Assembly: GCA_045628045.1 (NCBI GenBank)
Contig: JAZQOV010000002.1
Coordinates: 64,001-128,000 of the forward strand
DNA from: Bacilli bacterium
Lineage (GTDB): Bacteria > Bacillota_I > Bacilli_A > RFN20 > CAG-826
DNA length: 64,000 nucleotides
Direction: 5' to 3'
Below the pieces are notes generated by a model. The model searched no databases, was not told the DNA's origin, and saw only the letters and a program-made list of their open reading frames with translations. The translations under genes were made by a program, and so were the position numbers. Within the stretch, counting starts at the first letter, position 1; every line of letters starts with the position of its first letter. Below are positions 10,822-20,523 of this stretch, in pieces.

Positions 10822-11492
10822 AACTACTTGAAGAATTTGGATTAACAAAAGAACAAATTAATAAATTCGAAAAATATTTGAATTTGCTTTTAGAGTGGAA
10901 TGAGAAATTCAATTTAACTGCAATTACAAATAAAGATGAAATAGAAGAAAAACATTTTATTGATTCAATTGAGTTAGTTAAGTTTTTTGATTTAAAGAAT
11001 AAAACATTAATTGATATCGGCTCTGGTGCAGGATTTCCAGGAATCCCTTTAGCAATAGTTGAACCAAATTTAAAAGTGACATTACTTGAAGCAACCGGAA
11101 AACGTGTTACTTTCCTTAAAGAAGTTGTAAAAGAATTAGATCTTAAAAATGTTGAGATTATTCAAGGTCGTGCAGAGGAACTTGGTACTCGTGAAAAGTA
11201 CGATATTGTTACCGCTAGAGCAGTTAAAGAATTAAACATTTTACTTGAGATTTCTTTCTACTTAGTTAAGGTTGGCGGAAGCTTTATTGCATATAAGTCT
11301 TCTCTTATTGATGAAGAGATTAGTAACGCAAAACATGCATTCAAATGTCTAGAAATTGATGGATATAAAAAGTACGATTATTCCTTGCCAAAATCTAAAA
11401 ATCCTAGGGTTTTCCTGGAGATTTTGAAGAAAAACAAGACTCTTAAAAAGTATCCAAGACGTTATGGAGAAATAAGTAAAACACCTTTATAA
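10818..11492 (+). CDS. rsmG: 16S rRNA m7G527 methyltransferase RsmG (GidB)
   Basis: NLTAI, KHFIDS, DIGSGAGFPGIPL, GRAEE, TARAV; follows mnmG. Confidence 0.95.
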   Translation: MKLLEEFGLTKEQINKFEKYLNLLLEWNEKFNLTAITNKDEIEEKHFIDSIELVKFFDLKNKTLIDIGSGAGFPGIPLAIVEPNLKVTLLEATGKRVTFLKEVVKELDLKNVEIIQGRAEELGTREKYDIVTARAVKELNILLEISFYLVKVGGSFIAYKSSLIDEEISNAKHAFKCLEIDGYKKYDYSLPKSKNPRVFLEILKKNKTLKKYPRRYGEISKTPL

Positions 11493-11511
11493 AAGTTGTG
11501 ATATAATATTA

Positions 11512-11620
11512 ATGTTTCAGGGCAGGGTGAAAATCCCGACCGGCGGTAAAACTCCGCGAACCGAAAGGTTGATCTAGTGTAATTCTAGAAGCGACAGTAA
11601 AGTCTGGATGAAAGAAACAA
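11512..11620 (+). ncRNA. FMN riboswitch (RFN element)
   Basis: Hallmark CAGGGCAGGGTGAAAATCCCGACCGGCGGT...GACAGTAAAGTCTGGATGAAAGAA; followed by a terminator hairpin (11638-11662) and a riboflavin transporter gene. Confidence 0.95.
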
Positions 11621-11662
11621 TTTCATGTATAAGATTTGCCTTGGAACGCGAGGCATTTTTTT

Positions 11663-12352
11663 ATGAATTACAAAGCATTTATTATTGGTATATTAGTTGT
11701 GATTTATATTTTCGCGTTCCTTAAAATTTACTTTCAGGAGAAACAACAAGCAAAATATAAATTTGGCACCAAACAAATGGTGAGAGTCGCAGTTTTTGGA
11801 GCTCTTTCCGGAATATTTTATATTTACATCAAATTCCCTGTACCATTTTTACCATCATTCCTAGAATTCCATTTTGATGAGATTCCAGCATTCATTGCAT
11901 CTTTTGCGTATGGCCCAATCTCAGGATTATTAGTTTTACTAATAAAAACAGTAATTAAATTGCCTTTCACTAACACATTAGGTGTTGGCGAATTAGCAGA
12001 TTTAATTTATTCTTTAGCCTTTATTTTACCAGCTTCTCTTATTTATAAGAGACATCGTAATTTTAAAGGTGTAATTGTTGGACTTTTATTTGGTACAATT
12101 CTTCAATTGGGCGTTTCACTTTTAGTGAATATTTACGTAATTATTCCATTCTACATGTCAGTGATGGGATTTAGTGAAGAATCAATTATGTATTTATGCA
12201 AACTTGCTAATCCAAAAATTACAGATATTGGTTGGTCTTATGGACTTATTGCTGTACTTCCATTTAATTTAATTAAGGATGCGGCGGTAATTTGTCTAAC
12301 CTTATTAACGTATAAATCTACTCATAAGTTTATTGACAAATTACAGAATTAA
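11663..12352 (+). CDS. ribU: ECF transporter S-component, riboflavin (RibU-like)
   Basis: Hydrophobic; FLEFHFDEIP, GVGELAD, LPFNLIK motifs; directly downstream of the FMN riboswitch. Confidence 0.85.
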   Translation: MNYKAFIIGILVVIYIFAFLKIYFQEKQQAKYKFGTKQMVRVAVFGALSGIFYIYIKFPVPFLPSFLEFHFDEIPAFIASFAYGPISGLLVLLIKTVIKLPFTNTLGVGELADLIYSLAFILPASLIYKRHRNFKGVIVGLLFGTILQLGVSLLVNIYVIIPFYMSVMGFSEESIMYLCKLANPKITDIGWSYGLIAVLPFNLIKDAAVICLTLLTYKSTHKFIDKLQN

Positions 12353-12394
12353 AAAAAGACACCAAATGGTGTCTATTTTTATTTTTGAATTTAA

Positions 12395-12562
12395 TTATTC
12401 AACGTCGATTGCGCCGAATGGGCATTCAAAGCCAAGATCTCCTTCACATTCAGCGACTGCTTTTGCATGTCCTTCTTCATCAAATTCGAAGACTTCTGGA
12501 CGAGTACCAACACAGAGACCGCATGAACCGCAAAGTTCTGGATTAACTTTTACTTTTGGCAT
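12395..12562 (-). CDS. Ferredoxin (single 4Fe-4S type)
   Basis: CGSCGLC...CPFGAI; start MPKVKV with GGAG RBS; sits near cmk as fer does in Bacilli. Confidence 0.85.
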   Translation of the reverse strand: MPKVKVNPELCGSCGLCVGTRPEVFEFDEEGHAKAVAECEGDLGFECPFGAIDVE

Positions 12563-12679
12563 TAGTTTTTCCTCCGCGGCAATTATTATATATAAAATGA
12601 ACAATTTTTACAATAACACATAAATAATACTACGTAATTAATGGCTTTATGTGATAACATATTAGCATTAAGGTTTAGT

Positions 12680-12985
12680 ATGACAAGGGTTGAGAAGTAT
12701 CGTCGTTATCGTGATGAAATTTCAAATATGAAGTTTGAAACTTTTTCGCAAAAGAAAGAGGCTGCAAAGCAGATCAACTTACTTCGCGAAAAAGATAGCG
12801 GAGATAAACTTAATTATGAAGATGTTATGGAAGTACATGAAGTCTTCGTTAGCGAGAAGAAAATTAAACATTTTAAATTATTTCCTCTTACTAAATATGA
12901 AATCATCTATACATTAATTGCAATTTTTATAATTTTAATTATACTATTAGCATTAATTTTTACAGGAAAGAAAATCTGGGGGTAA
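12680..12985 (+). CDS. Hypothetical protein with C-terminal transmembrane helix
   Basis: ORF with basic N-terminus (MTRVEKYRRYR) and C-terminal hydrophobic stretch; adjacent to cmk. Confidence 0.65.
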   Translation: MTRVEKYRRYRDEISNMKFETFSQKKEAAKQINLLREKDSGDKLNYEDVMEVHEVFVSEKKIKHFKLFPLTKYEIIYTLIAIFIILIILLALIFTGKKIWG

Positions 12986-12988
12986 TTT

Positions 12989-13654
12989 ATGAAAAAAGTA
13001 GTAATCGCAGTAGATGGACCAGCAGCAGCTGGAAAATCAACAGTATCTAAAGCTGTTGCAAAGAAATTAGGTTTTACCTACATCGATACAGGAGCAATGT
13101 ATCGTGCTTTCACTGAATACGTTTTAAGAAAAGGCGTTGATCCAGAAAATGAAGCAGAATGCGTTAAATTAATCCCAGAAGTTGATATTACGCTTTTCCC
13201 AGATGGCAAAGTTATGTGTTCTGGAAAAGATGTTACAAAAGAAATTCGTGAACCACACGTTTCTAGCAATGTTTCTTACATTGCATCATACAAAGACATA
13301 CGTCTTGCGATGGTTGATCTTCAAAGAAAAATGGCTGATAAAGTTTCAGTTGTTATGGATGGAAGAGATATCGGAACTTATGTTCTTCCAAATGCTGATG
13401 TAAAAATTTTCCAAATTGCATCAGTTGAAGAAAGAGCAAAACGTAGATTTCTTGAAAATCAAGAAAAAGGCATTCCTTGCACACTAGAAGACATCATCGC
13501 AGATGTTGAGAAACGTGACAGAATTGACTCAAGCAGAGCTTTTGCTCCTTTAAAACCAGCAGAAGATTCCATTCAACTTGATACTTCAAAACTTACAATT
13601 GAAGAATCTGTACAAGCTGTTTTAGATATCATTGAAAAGAAAGTTGGAAAATAA
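12989..13654 (+). CDS. cmk: Cytidylate kinase
   Basis: IAVDGPAAAGKST, DTGAMYR, MDGRDIGT, RDRIDS. Confidence 0.96.
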   Translation: MKKVVIAVDGPAAAGKSTVSKAVAKKLGFTYIDTGAMYRAFTEYVLRKGVDPENEAECVKLIPEVDITLFPDGKVMCSGKDVTKEIREPHVSSNVSYIASYKDIRLAMVDLQRKMADKVSVVMDGRDIGTYVLPNADVKIFQIASVEERAKRRFLENQEKGIPCTLEDIIADVEKRDRIDSSRAFAPLKPAEDSIQLDTSKLTIEESVQAVLDIIEKKVGK

Positions 13655-14961
13655 TGGGTTTAGGTGTTGTAGCAATAGTTGGAACTCCAAACGTAGGGAA
13701 ATCTACGATTTTTAATCGTATCGTTGGAAGAAGACGTGCGATTGTTGATGACCAACCAGGTGTTACAAGAGATCGTTTATACGAAACTGCTGAATGGTTA
13801 GATAGATCATTTAGAGTTGTTGATACAGGCGGAATCGAAATCGAAAATAGACCATTTCAAGAACAAATTAGAGTTCAAACTCAGCTCGCTATTGATGAAG
13901 CTGATGTAATTATCTTTGTAGCGGATGGTAAAAAGGGCATTACAAACGATGATAGATTCATCGCTAAGATGCTTTACAAAACAAAAAAGCCAATTATATT
14001 GGCTGTTAATAAAATTGATAACCAAGACATGCTTTTAAATCTTGGCGATTTTTATTCATTAGGTCTTGGTGAACCAATTGCTACCTCAGGTGAACACGGC
14101 ATCGGAATTGGTGATATTTTAGACAAAATAATTAAAGTCTTACCAAAGGTAGAGGATCAAAATTACGAAGATGCAATTACTTTCTCAATCATTGGTAGAC
14201 CAAACGTTGGAAAGTCATCTTTAGTGAACGCTTTACTTAAGAAAGAAAGAGTTATTGTTTCAAATATTGTCGGAACGACAAGAGATGCAGTTGATACTAA
14301 AATTACAAGAGACGGCAAAGACTATGTTGTTATTGATACAGCAGGTTTAAAAAAACGTGGAAAAATCTACGAATCACTTGATAAATACTCTGCTTTAAGA
14401 GCTTTAGCAGCTGTTGACCGCAGTGAAATCGTACTTTTAGTTATTGATGCTAATGAGGGAATTATTGAGCAAGATAAGCACGTTGTTGGCTATGCCATAG
14501 AAAAGAAAAAGGCAGTTATTATTGTTGTGAATAAATGGGATTTAGTAAAAAAAGAGCAAAACACTCAAATAAAATTTGAGAGAGACATCAGAAAGCAATT
14601 CCCATTCTTAGAATATGCTCCAATTATCTTCGTTTCTGCAAAGACTACATCAAAGGTTGAAAACATCTTTGAGAAGATTGATATGGTGCATAAAGCATAT
14701 GATACGCACATTACAACTTCTGTATTGAATCAAGTGGTCCAAGATGCCCAAATGATGAATGAAGCACCTGATTTTAATGGTGGAAGATTAAAAATTTATT
14801 TTGTTAACCAAGCTAACAGTTGTCCGCCTACCTTTGTTTTGTTCGTAAATAAGCCTAAATTCGCACATTTTTCTTATTTGAGGTACATTGAAAACCGTCT
14901 TAGAGACTCATTTAATTTGGACGGAACGCCTATCGAAATAGTCCTCAGAGAAAGAGTTTAG
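13654..14961 (+). CDS. der: Ribosome biogenesis GTPase Der (EngA)
   Basis: Two GTPase domains (GTPNVGKST, GRPNVGKSS), GVTRD/GTTRD, C-terminal KH-like domain. Confidence 0.97.
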   Translation: MGLGVVAIVGTPNVGKSTIFNRIVGRRRAIVDDQPGVTRDRLYETAEWLDRSFRVVDTGGIEIENRPFQEQIRVQTQLAIDEADVIIFVADGKKGITNDDRFIAKMLYKTKKPIILAVNKIDNQDMLLNLGDFYSLGLGEPIATSGEHGIGIGDILDKIIKVLPKVEDQNYEDAITFSIIGRPNVGKSSLVNALLKKERVIVSNIVGTTRDAVDTKITRDGKDYVVIDTAGLKKRGKIYESLDKYSALRALAAVDRSEIVLLVIDANEGIIEQDKHVVGYAIEKKKAVIIVVNKWDLVKKEQNTQIKFERDIRKQFPFLEYAPIIFVSAKTTSKVENIFEKIDMVHKAYDTHITTSVLNQVVQDAQMMNEAPDFNGGRLKIYFVNQANSCPPTFVLFVNKPKFAHFSYLRYIENRLRDSFNLDGTPIEIVLRERV

Positions 14962-15014
14962 TTTACTAATTTAAAAATATTTGTTATATTAGACATACAG
15001 AGAAGGAGAAAATA

Positions 15015-15290
15015 ATGAACAAAGCAGAATTAGTATTAGCAGTTTCAGAAAGAACAGATTATCCAAAACAAGATGTTGAATTAATAATTGATGAATTTCT
15101 TGGTTTAATCGAAGGTAGCATTCTTAAAGGTGACGAAGTTAAAATTTCTAACTTTGGCGTCTTCTGTAAGAAAGTAAGACTCGCAAGAAAGGGAACAAAT
15201 CCTTCCACAGGAGCACCTATCACAATTCCTGCAAGTGCAACAGCAGGATTTAGACCTTCAAAGACCTTGAAAGCCAAACTTAATAAATAA
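15015..15290 (+). CDS. hup: HU family DNA-binding protein
   Basis: MNKAEL, FGVF, RKGTNPSTG..ITIPA, FRPSKTLK. Confidence 0.93.
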   Translation: MNKAELVLAVSERTDYPKQDVELIIDEFLGLIEGSILKGDEVKISNFGVFCKKVRLARKGTNPSTGAPITIPASATAGFRPSKTLKAKLNK

Positions 15291-15307
15291 TAGATTAAAA
15301 TAATATA

Positions 15308-15329
15308 AGGTGCTGAAAGGCACCTTTTA
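15308..15329 (+). terminator. Intrinsic terminator after hup
   Basis: AAGGTGC-tgaaag-GCACCTT followed by a T tract. Confidence 0.7.
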
Positions 15330-15334
15330 TTTTT

Positions 15335-15940
15335 ATGGATAATAAGCTTTTTAAATTTTTAAATGATAAATTCAAAGAGAATGGCTTCTCTATTTTTGAA
15401 GTTGGTGGAAGCGTAAGAGATGAACTCCTTGGTTTAGAATCTTATGATTTCGATTTCGCTACAGATGCAACTCCAAAAGAGATGATGAAATTTTTACCAG
15501 ATGCAAATGATACTTTTGCAAAATATGGTTGTATTAAATACAAAGGCGAATTTGGAAGAGCAGAAATTACAACTTTTAGAGAAGAAAATGACTACGATGA
15601 TTATAGGCATCCAAGTAAGATTAACTTTGTTAAATCTTTAGAAATAGATTATAAAAGAAGAGATTTCACTATAAATGCTATTTATAAAGACTATGAAGGA
15701 AATATTTATGATCCTTCTAATGGTGTTAAAGATTTAAAAAATAAACTTATTCGTTTCGTGGGAGAACCATCAAAAAGAATAAAAGAAGACCCACTTAGAA
15801 TTATTAGAGCAAAAAGATTTCAAAAAAAATTAGGATTTTCTTTTGACAAAGAAACCGAAAAAGCTATCGATGAATACTCATATTTATTAGACAAGCTAAA
15901 TCCACAAAAAGTATTAGAGGAAGAAAAAAAGAATAAATAG
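15335..15940 (+). CDS. cca: Short class II tRNA nucleotidyltransferase (CCA-adding/polyA polymerase head domain)
   Basis: VGGSVRD, DFDFAT, EITTFR, RRDFTINAI, EDPLRIIR; only 201 aa. Confidence 0.8.
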   Translation: MDNKLFKFLNDKFKENGFSIFEVGGSVRDELLGLESYDFDFATDATPKEMMKFLPDANDTFAKYGCIKYKGEFGRAEITTFREENDYDDYRHPSKINFVKSLEIDYKRRDFTINAIYKDYEGNIYDPSNGVKDLKNKLIRFVGEPSKRIKEDPLRIIRAKRFQKKLGFSFDKETEKAIDEYSYLLDKLNPQKVLEEEKKNK

Positions 15941-15982
15941 TTATTTAACTATTTGAGTTTTTAAGATAAAATATCTCACAAT

Positions 15983-16630
15983 ATGTCAAACACACAAATT
16001 GATGCAATCGATTATAACTACTTACTCTTAGAGTATTATAAGAAACTAAGAATAACAGAAACTGAACTTTCTGTACTTTTAGTGATTGATCATTTGATTC
16101 AACAAAAAAATACACTTATCACTCCAGATCTTTTAAGCATGAAAATGAATCTTGATGCAAAAGAATTGGATAAAATTTTTGTTACTTTAATTGAAAGAGG
16201 CTTCCTTTCTTTTGATACAGGAAAAAAGATTAAGGTTTCTTTGAAACCTCTAAGAAAGAAACTTTACGAATGTTTCCAAAAGGAAGTTGTTCAAGAACAA
16301 CAAAACGCTAATGATAAAGCCAAAATCGAAAGAATTGAAACTGTAAAAAAAGCTTTTGAAGCTGAATTTAAAGGCGAATTATCTCCTCTTGAGAAAACAC
16401 TCATTAATGAGTGGATTGAACATGGTTATGCAAGTGACCAAATTATTGATGCAATGCACGAATGTCTTTCCAAAGGAAAGAAAACATTTAAATCAATTGA
16501 TAAGCTTCTTCTTCAATGGCAAACAAGAGATGATATGGAAAAAGCAGGCATTAGCGGCGCTTCCAATAATTGGGATAAAAATATTGAAGAAACTTTGAAG
16601 ATTGCAAAGACAAAGTGGATCGATGATTAA
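15983..16630 (+). CDS. dnaD: DnaD-family replication protein
   Basis: LLEYYKKL..TETE N-terminal domain; FEAEF..LSPLE..W..IDKLL.QW DnaB_2 domain; precedes nth as in Bacilli. Confidence 0.85.
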   Translation: MSNTQIDAIDYNYLLLEYYKKLRITETELSVLLVIDHLIQQKNTLITPDLLSMKMNLDAKELDKIFVTLIERGFLSFDTGKKIKVSLKPLRKKLYECFQKEVVQEQQNANDKAKIERIETVKKAFEAEFKGELSPLEKTLINEWIEHGYASDQIIDAMHECLSKGKKTFKSIDKLLLQWQTRDDMEKAGISGASNNWDKNIEETLKIAKTKWIDD

Positions 16631-17240
16631 TACTGAATTAATTTTTTCGTATTTGGATGAAAAATATCCGGATGCACATTGTGAATTAAACTACACAAAA
16701 GATTACGAATTTTTAATAGCAGTCATGCTTTCTGCACAAACAACAGATAAATCTGTTAATGCAGCAACTGCTATTTTATTTTCTAAATATAAAACTGTAG
16801 AAGAACTCGCAAATGCAGATCTTTCCGACGTCGAATTCATAATTCGACATTTAGGAATGTATCAAGTAAAGGCAAGAAATGTTATCAAAATTGCTAAAAT
16901 TCTTGTCGAAAAGTATTCCGGCAAAGTTCCACATGACCCAGAAGCTTTATTGTCGATGCCTGGAGTTGGAAACAAAACTAAGAATTGTGTTCTTGGCGAA
17001 CTTTATAATGAACCGCTTCTCGCGTGCGATACGCATATGCAAAGATTCGCAAAGCGAATGGGCATAGCAAAAGAAGGCGATTCGGTTGAAACTATAGAAC
17101 AAAAATATATGCGTCTAATTCCAAAAGAAAGGGTTGTTAAAACTAACCATCAAATCATTTGGTTCGGGCGTTATTTTTGCAAAGCCATTTCACCTCAATG
17201 CGCAAATTGTAAATTAAAGGCAATTTGCAAAAATAACTAG
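16623..17240 (+). CDS. nth: Endonuclease III
   Basis: LIAVMLSAQTTD, HhH PGVGNKT, DTH, C-x6-C-x2-C-x5-C Fe-S motif. Confidence 0.93.
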   Translation: MINTELIFSYLDEKYPDAHCELNYTKDYEFLIAVMLSAQTTDKSVNAATAILFSKYKTVEELANADLSDVEFIIRHLGMYQVKARNVIKIAKILVEKYSGKVPHDPEALLSMPGVGNKTKNCVLGELYNEPLLACDTHMQRFAKRMGIAKEGDSVETIEQKYMRLIPKERVVKTNHQIIWFGRYFCKAISPQCANCKLKAICKNN

Positions 17241-17833
17241 GAATTCAGGTATATTTTGTCGATTATTTCGATATAATCAAGACGTGGCGAAAAGCCACTT
17301 TTTATTTGGAAAGCTTTAGTTTTAAACTCATTGTAAGGTATTGATTTTCGGTCACCTTCTTCATAGAATTTTATTACGTAACTTGCATCTAAAAGATAGA
17401 CTTCATTTAGCTTTGCAAACTCAATAATGAAGAATGCAATTCCTCCGTGTTTGAGAACATTTTTTAAATGCTCAATTTGATGAGGAGAAATGTTGTGCAA
17501 AGGAAATGATGTCACCTTTCGAGTGGACTTAGCTTCGAAGTCAATATACTTGCCTTTGTAAACACCGTTATAGTCAGTAGTCGATTGTTTTTCAAAGTAT
17601 GCGTTTGTAATAATTGGACCATGAGAATAATCAACTTTTACTACATTAATTGGAGTTGGTCTTTTAGTGATTAAGCAGATGTTATTTAGTTTATAAAACT
17701 CGTTGCTTAAATTAATGTCGCTTTCCAAATTCATACCTCGATTTCCATACGAAAAAACAGGAGATTTCCTGTGATTTACTGGTGAATTTGGTGGTTTTTT
17801 CTGAAATGTTTGTCCGTTAGAATACTTAATCAT
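17237..17833 (-). CDS. recU: Holliday junction resolvase RecU
   Basis: NRGMNLE, KRPTP, STTDYNGVYKGKYIDFEAK, HQIEHL. Confidence 0.96.
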   Translation of the reverse strand: MIKYSNGQTFQKKPPNSPVNHRKSPVFSYGNRGMNLESDINLSNEFYKLNNICLITKRPTPINVVKVDYSHGPIITNAYFEKQSTTDYNGVYKGKYIDFEAKSTRKVTSFPLHNISPHQIEHLKNVLKHGGIAFFIIEFAKLNEVYLLDASYVIKFYEEGDRKSIPYNEFKTKAFQIKSGFSPRLDYIEIIDKIYLNS

Positions 17834-18564
17834 TTGAGAGAATTTCTGACATATGATTCGAATTCTTCCGCTGAGACATTTTCTTTTTTAGATAATTTTT
17901 CAATCGCCAAATGAATAGGCTCAGGGAGATGTCGATACATGCCCAATGTTTTGCGGTATTCATTGACTACTATTTCTTTATTTTTTAAGAATGCATCATA
18001 GAGATAAACGGTGTTAAGAGTATCTGCTAGAGCGTTATGCTGGGTGCCTTGAAAATCAACGTTAAAGACTTTTAAGAAGTTTGCTAAAGATAAGTTGTTG
18101 TTATTTTCATCTTTAACATAACTACTTAAAAATTCTGCGATATCAAATTGATGTTTAATAATTATTTCAACGTCTTCTTTTTTAACATCAAGATTATGTG
18201 CAAGTGATTGTGCCATGATTCTAAAATCATGGTTGCCAAAGGCTACAAATAAACACTTTGAGAAGTAGTTACCCATATATTTTTTAAGTCCTTGAATGGC
18301 AACTCTAAAAGAGACTCCCTTAGTTTTAACGTCTTCTTCAGTAATTCCAGTCAAGTCTGTAACGACTTTACCAATTTTAGATTTTGGTTTAACAAGTGTG
18401 TAATAGCCATTATGAATCTTTTTGATCGAACCGTCTTTTCTCACATCTACTTTCACTGCCCCAATAGCAATCATTTCATGAGTAAATTGGGTGCCTTCTA
18501 AATCAATAAAGCAGAGTGATTTTCGACCTTTTAAAATTCTTTCAAGTGCTAACATAACGGTCAT
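17830..18564 (-). CDS. DEDDh 3'-5' exonuclease (KapD-like)
   Basis: IDLEGT, LTGIT, HNALAD motifs. Confidence 0.8.
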   Translation of the reverse strand: MTVMLALERILKGRKSLCFIDLEGTQFTHEMIAIGAVKVDVRKDGSIKKIHNGYYTLVKPKSKIGKVVTDLTGITEEDVKTKGVSFRVAIQGLKKYMGNYFSKCLFVAFGNHDFRIMAQSLAHNLDVKKEDVEIIIKHQFDIAEFLSSYVKDENNNNLSLANFLKVFNVDFQGTQHNALADTLNTVYLYDAFLKNKEIVVNEYRKTLGMYRHLPEPIHLAIEKLSKKENVSAEEFESYVRNSLK

Positions 18565-18645
18565 TATTATATCACTCGTCGGCGTTTTTTATAAAAACAA
18601 TTTGAGTTTATATCGAATTTTAAATATAATTAAAAAGCATTTCTT

Positions 18646-19026
18646 ATGGAAAAAAAGTTAAATTTCACGCCAGAGACTATCTTAAACATTAGGTTTAGTC
18701 CAAAAGAAAAAGGCTATGATCCTTTAGAAGTTGATAAGCTTTTTGATTCAATTATTGAGGACTATAAGTCTTTTCTTGAAAATGAAAAAGAACTTGAGAA
18801 TGCAAACGCAAAGCAACTAGTTGAAATTAATAGCTTAAAAGAAGAACTTGCTAGAAAAGAATTTGATGTTGCAACACTTAAAAAACAACTTCAATCTCTT
18901 CCTTCAGCAAATGGAATCAATGAAGATAACTATAAGTTATTAAAGAAAATTAGTGCTTACGAAAGAATCCTTCATCGTAAAGGAATAAACCCAGAAAAAG
19001 CACTTTCCGACCCGGATAATTGCTAG
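18646..19026 (+). CDS. gpsB: DivIVA/GpsB family protein
   Basis: F...KGYDPLEVDKLFD DivIVA motif plus coiled coil; immediately upstream of rnpB (conserved Bacilli synteny). Confidence 0.8.
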   Translation: MEKKLNFTPETILNIRFSPKEKGYDPLEVDKLFDSIIEDYKSFLENEKELENANAKQLVEINSLKEELARKEFDVATLKKQLQSLPSANGINEDNYKLLKKISAYERILHRKGINPEKALSDPDNC

Positions 19027-19337
19027 CTTAGCTAGAGGAAAGTCCATGCTCGCACGGGCTGTGATGCTCGTAGTGATTGCGCTAGCGGAAAAAATAACGC
19101 TAGGCACGTAGGAGTACGTGACGGCGGAACTAGTCTAAAACTTCGGTCATGATGATGTTCCCCAAGGTGCCACAGAGACTATTAAGCGGAAACGCGGATG
19201 TGAAAAGTTGGTAAACCCCACAAGCGAGAAACCCAAATTTTGGTAGGGGAGGTTGAGCGAGAGAACCGAATCTCAATCGGCACGGGAAACCGTAGATAAA
19301 TTATTATCCTAGACAAAACATGGCTTACAGGGTCGGA
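19006..19337 (+). ncRNA. rnpB: RNase P RNA, bacterial type B
   Basis: P1 TCCGACCC/GGGTCGGA; GAGGAAAGTCCATGCTC, GTGCCACAGAGAC, GGTAAACCCCAC..GAGAAACCCAAAT, ACAAAACATGGCTTAC. Confidence 0.95.
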
Positions 19338-19360
19338 CACTCAAAAAAGGAGATTTAAAA

Positions 19361-20008
19361 ATGAATTTACCTAACAAGATTACAATCAGTAGAATCGTGT
19401 TCATTTTTGCGATGATTATTGCTATGTTTGTTTTAGCATTAATTCCTGATTTTTACGTGAAAACCATAGGAAATTCAGGGATAAATCCAATTTATTTAAT
19501 CTTTGCATGTGTCTTTATTTTGGCAGCATTTACTGACATGATTGATGGCAAAATTGCACGTAAATGTAACCTCGTTACTGACCTCGGAAAATTCTTAGAT
19601 CCAATTGCAGATAAACTCTTAAATGATGCAATGATGATCTTTATTTTAGTTCCACAAGCTTATGCCCTTGAACAACGCGCTGATAGAACAATGCTTACCG
19701 TTTTACTTATCTGTGTTGTTTTAATGATTGCACGAGATTTAATTGTTGATGCACTTAGACTTATCGCAGTTAAAAACAATGTTGTTATTGCTGCTAACAT
19801 TTTCGGAAAAGCAAAAACTGTTTTACAAATGGTTGCTATCCCTATGATGTTACTTAATGACTGGCCGTTTAATTATTTTGATTCTTCTTGGCCACAAGCA
19901 CTTCAAATTTCAAACTGGTTCTTCTATGCTGCAACAATTATGTCTGTAGTCAGTGGAGTCATTTATATTTATCAAAATCGCAAAGTATTTAAAGGCTTTA
20001 CAAAATAA
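19361..20008 (+). CDS. pgsA: CDP-diacylglycerol--glycerol-3-phosphate 3-phosphatidyltransferase
   Basis: MNLPNKIT, TDMIDGKIAR...GKFLDPIADK, GKAKT. Confidence 0.93.
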   Translation: MNLPNKITISRIVFIFAMIIAMFVLALIPDFYVKTIGNSGINPIYLIFACVFILAAFTDMIDGKIARKCNLVTDLGKFLDPIADKLLNDAMMIFILVPQAYALEQRADRTMLTVLLICVVLMIARDLIVDALRLIAVKNNVVIAANIFGKAKTVLQMVAIPMMLLNDWPFNYFDSSWPQALQISNWFFYAATIMSVVSGVIYIYQNRKVFKGFTK

Positions 20009-20466
20009 TGAAAAAACTTCTTCAAGAATATAAAAACAAAGGGCTAACGTTAGGTTCTGTTGAATCGATGACTGGAGGCCTTTTTGCTGCAAAATTCACG
20101 GAAATTCCTGGATCTTCTGCAGTTTTTAAGGGAAGTATTGTTACTTATTCTAGTGAAGAAAAAATTAACATCGTTGGTGTTAAAAAAGAGACAATTGATA
20201 AGTATGGAGTTGTCTCAAAGGAGGCAGCAAAAGAGATGGCTGAGAAAGGCCGTAAACTCTTAAACGTTGATGTTTGTATCTCTGTTACTGGAAACGCTGG
20301 ACCAACTTGTGAACCTGGTGGAAAACCTGCTGGATGTTTTTATATTGCTGCCGCCTCAAAAAATGGGGTCGTCGTTGAGGAGCATTTAAAAACTCAAAAA
20401 AGAAATAAAGTCAGAAATAGTGCAGTTCTCGCTATGCGAGATTTAGCACATTTAAAAATCATTTAA
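20008..20466 (+). CDS. cinA: CinA C-terminal domain protein (NMN deamidase PncC-like)
   Basis: ESMTGG, PGSS, GVVS, SVTGNAGP; between pgsA and recA. Confidence 0.88.
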   Translation: MKKLLQEYKNKGLTLGSVESMTGGLFAAKFTEIPGSSAVFKGSIVTYSSEEKINIVGVKKETIDKYGVVSKEAAKEMAEKGRKLLNVDVCISVTGNAGPTCEPGGKPAGCFYIAAASKNGVVVEEHLKTQKRNKVRNSAVLAMRDLAHLKII

Positions 20467-20523
20467 AAATAAATTAACATTTTTTGCATTTTTTACCCGA
20501 TTTAGTTATTAGGAGGAAATGTT

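Noticed and set aside
8950-11492. mnmG-rsmG as a marker of oriC
   Set aside because: No dnaA, parAB or DnaA-box cluster noticed nearby; flanked by suf and ribU.
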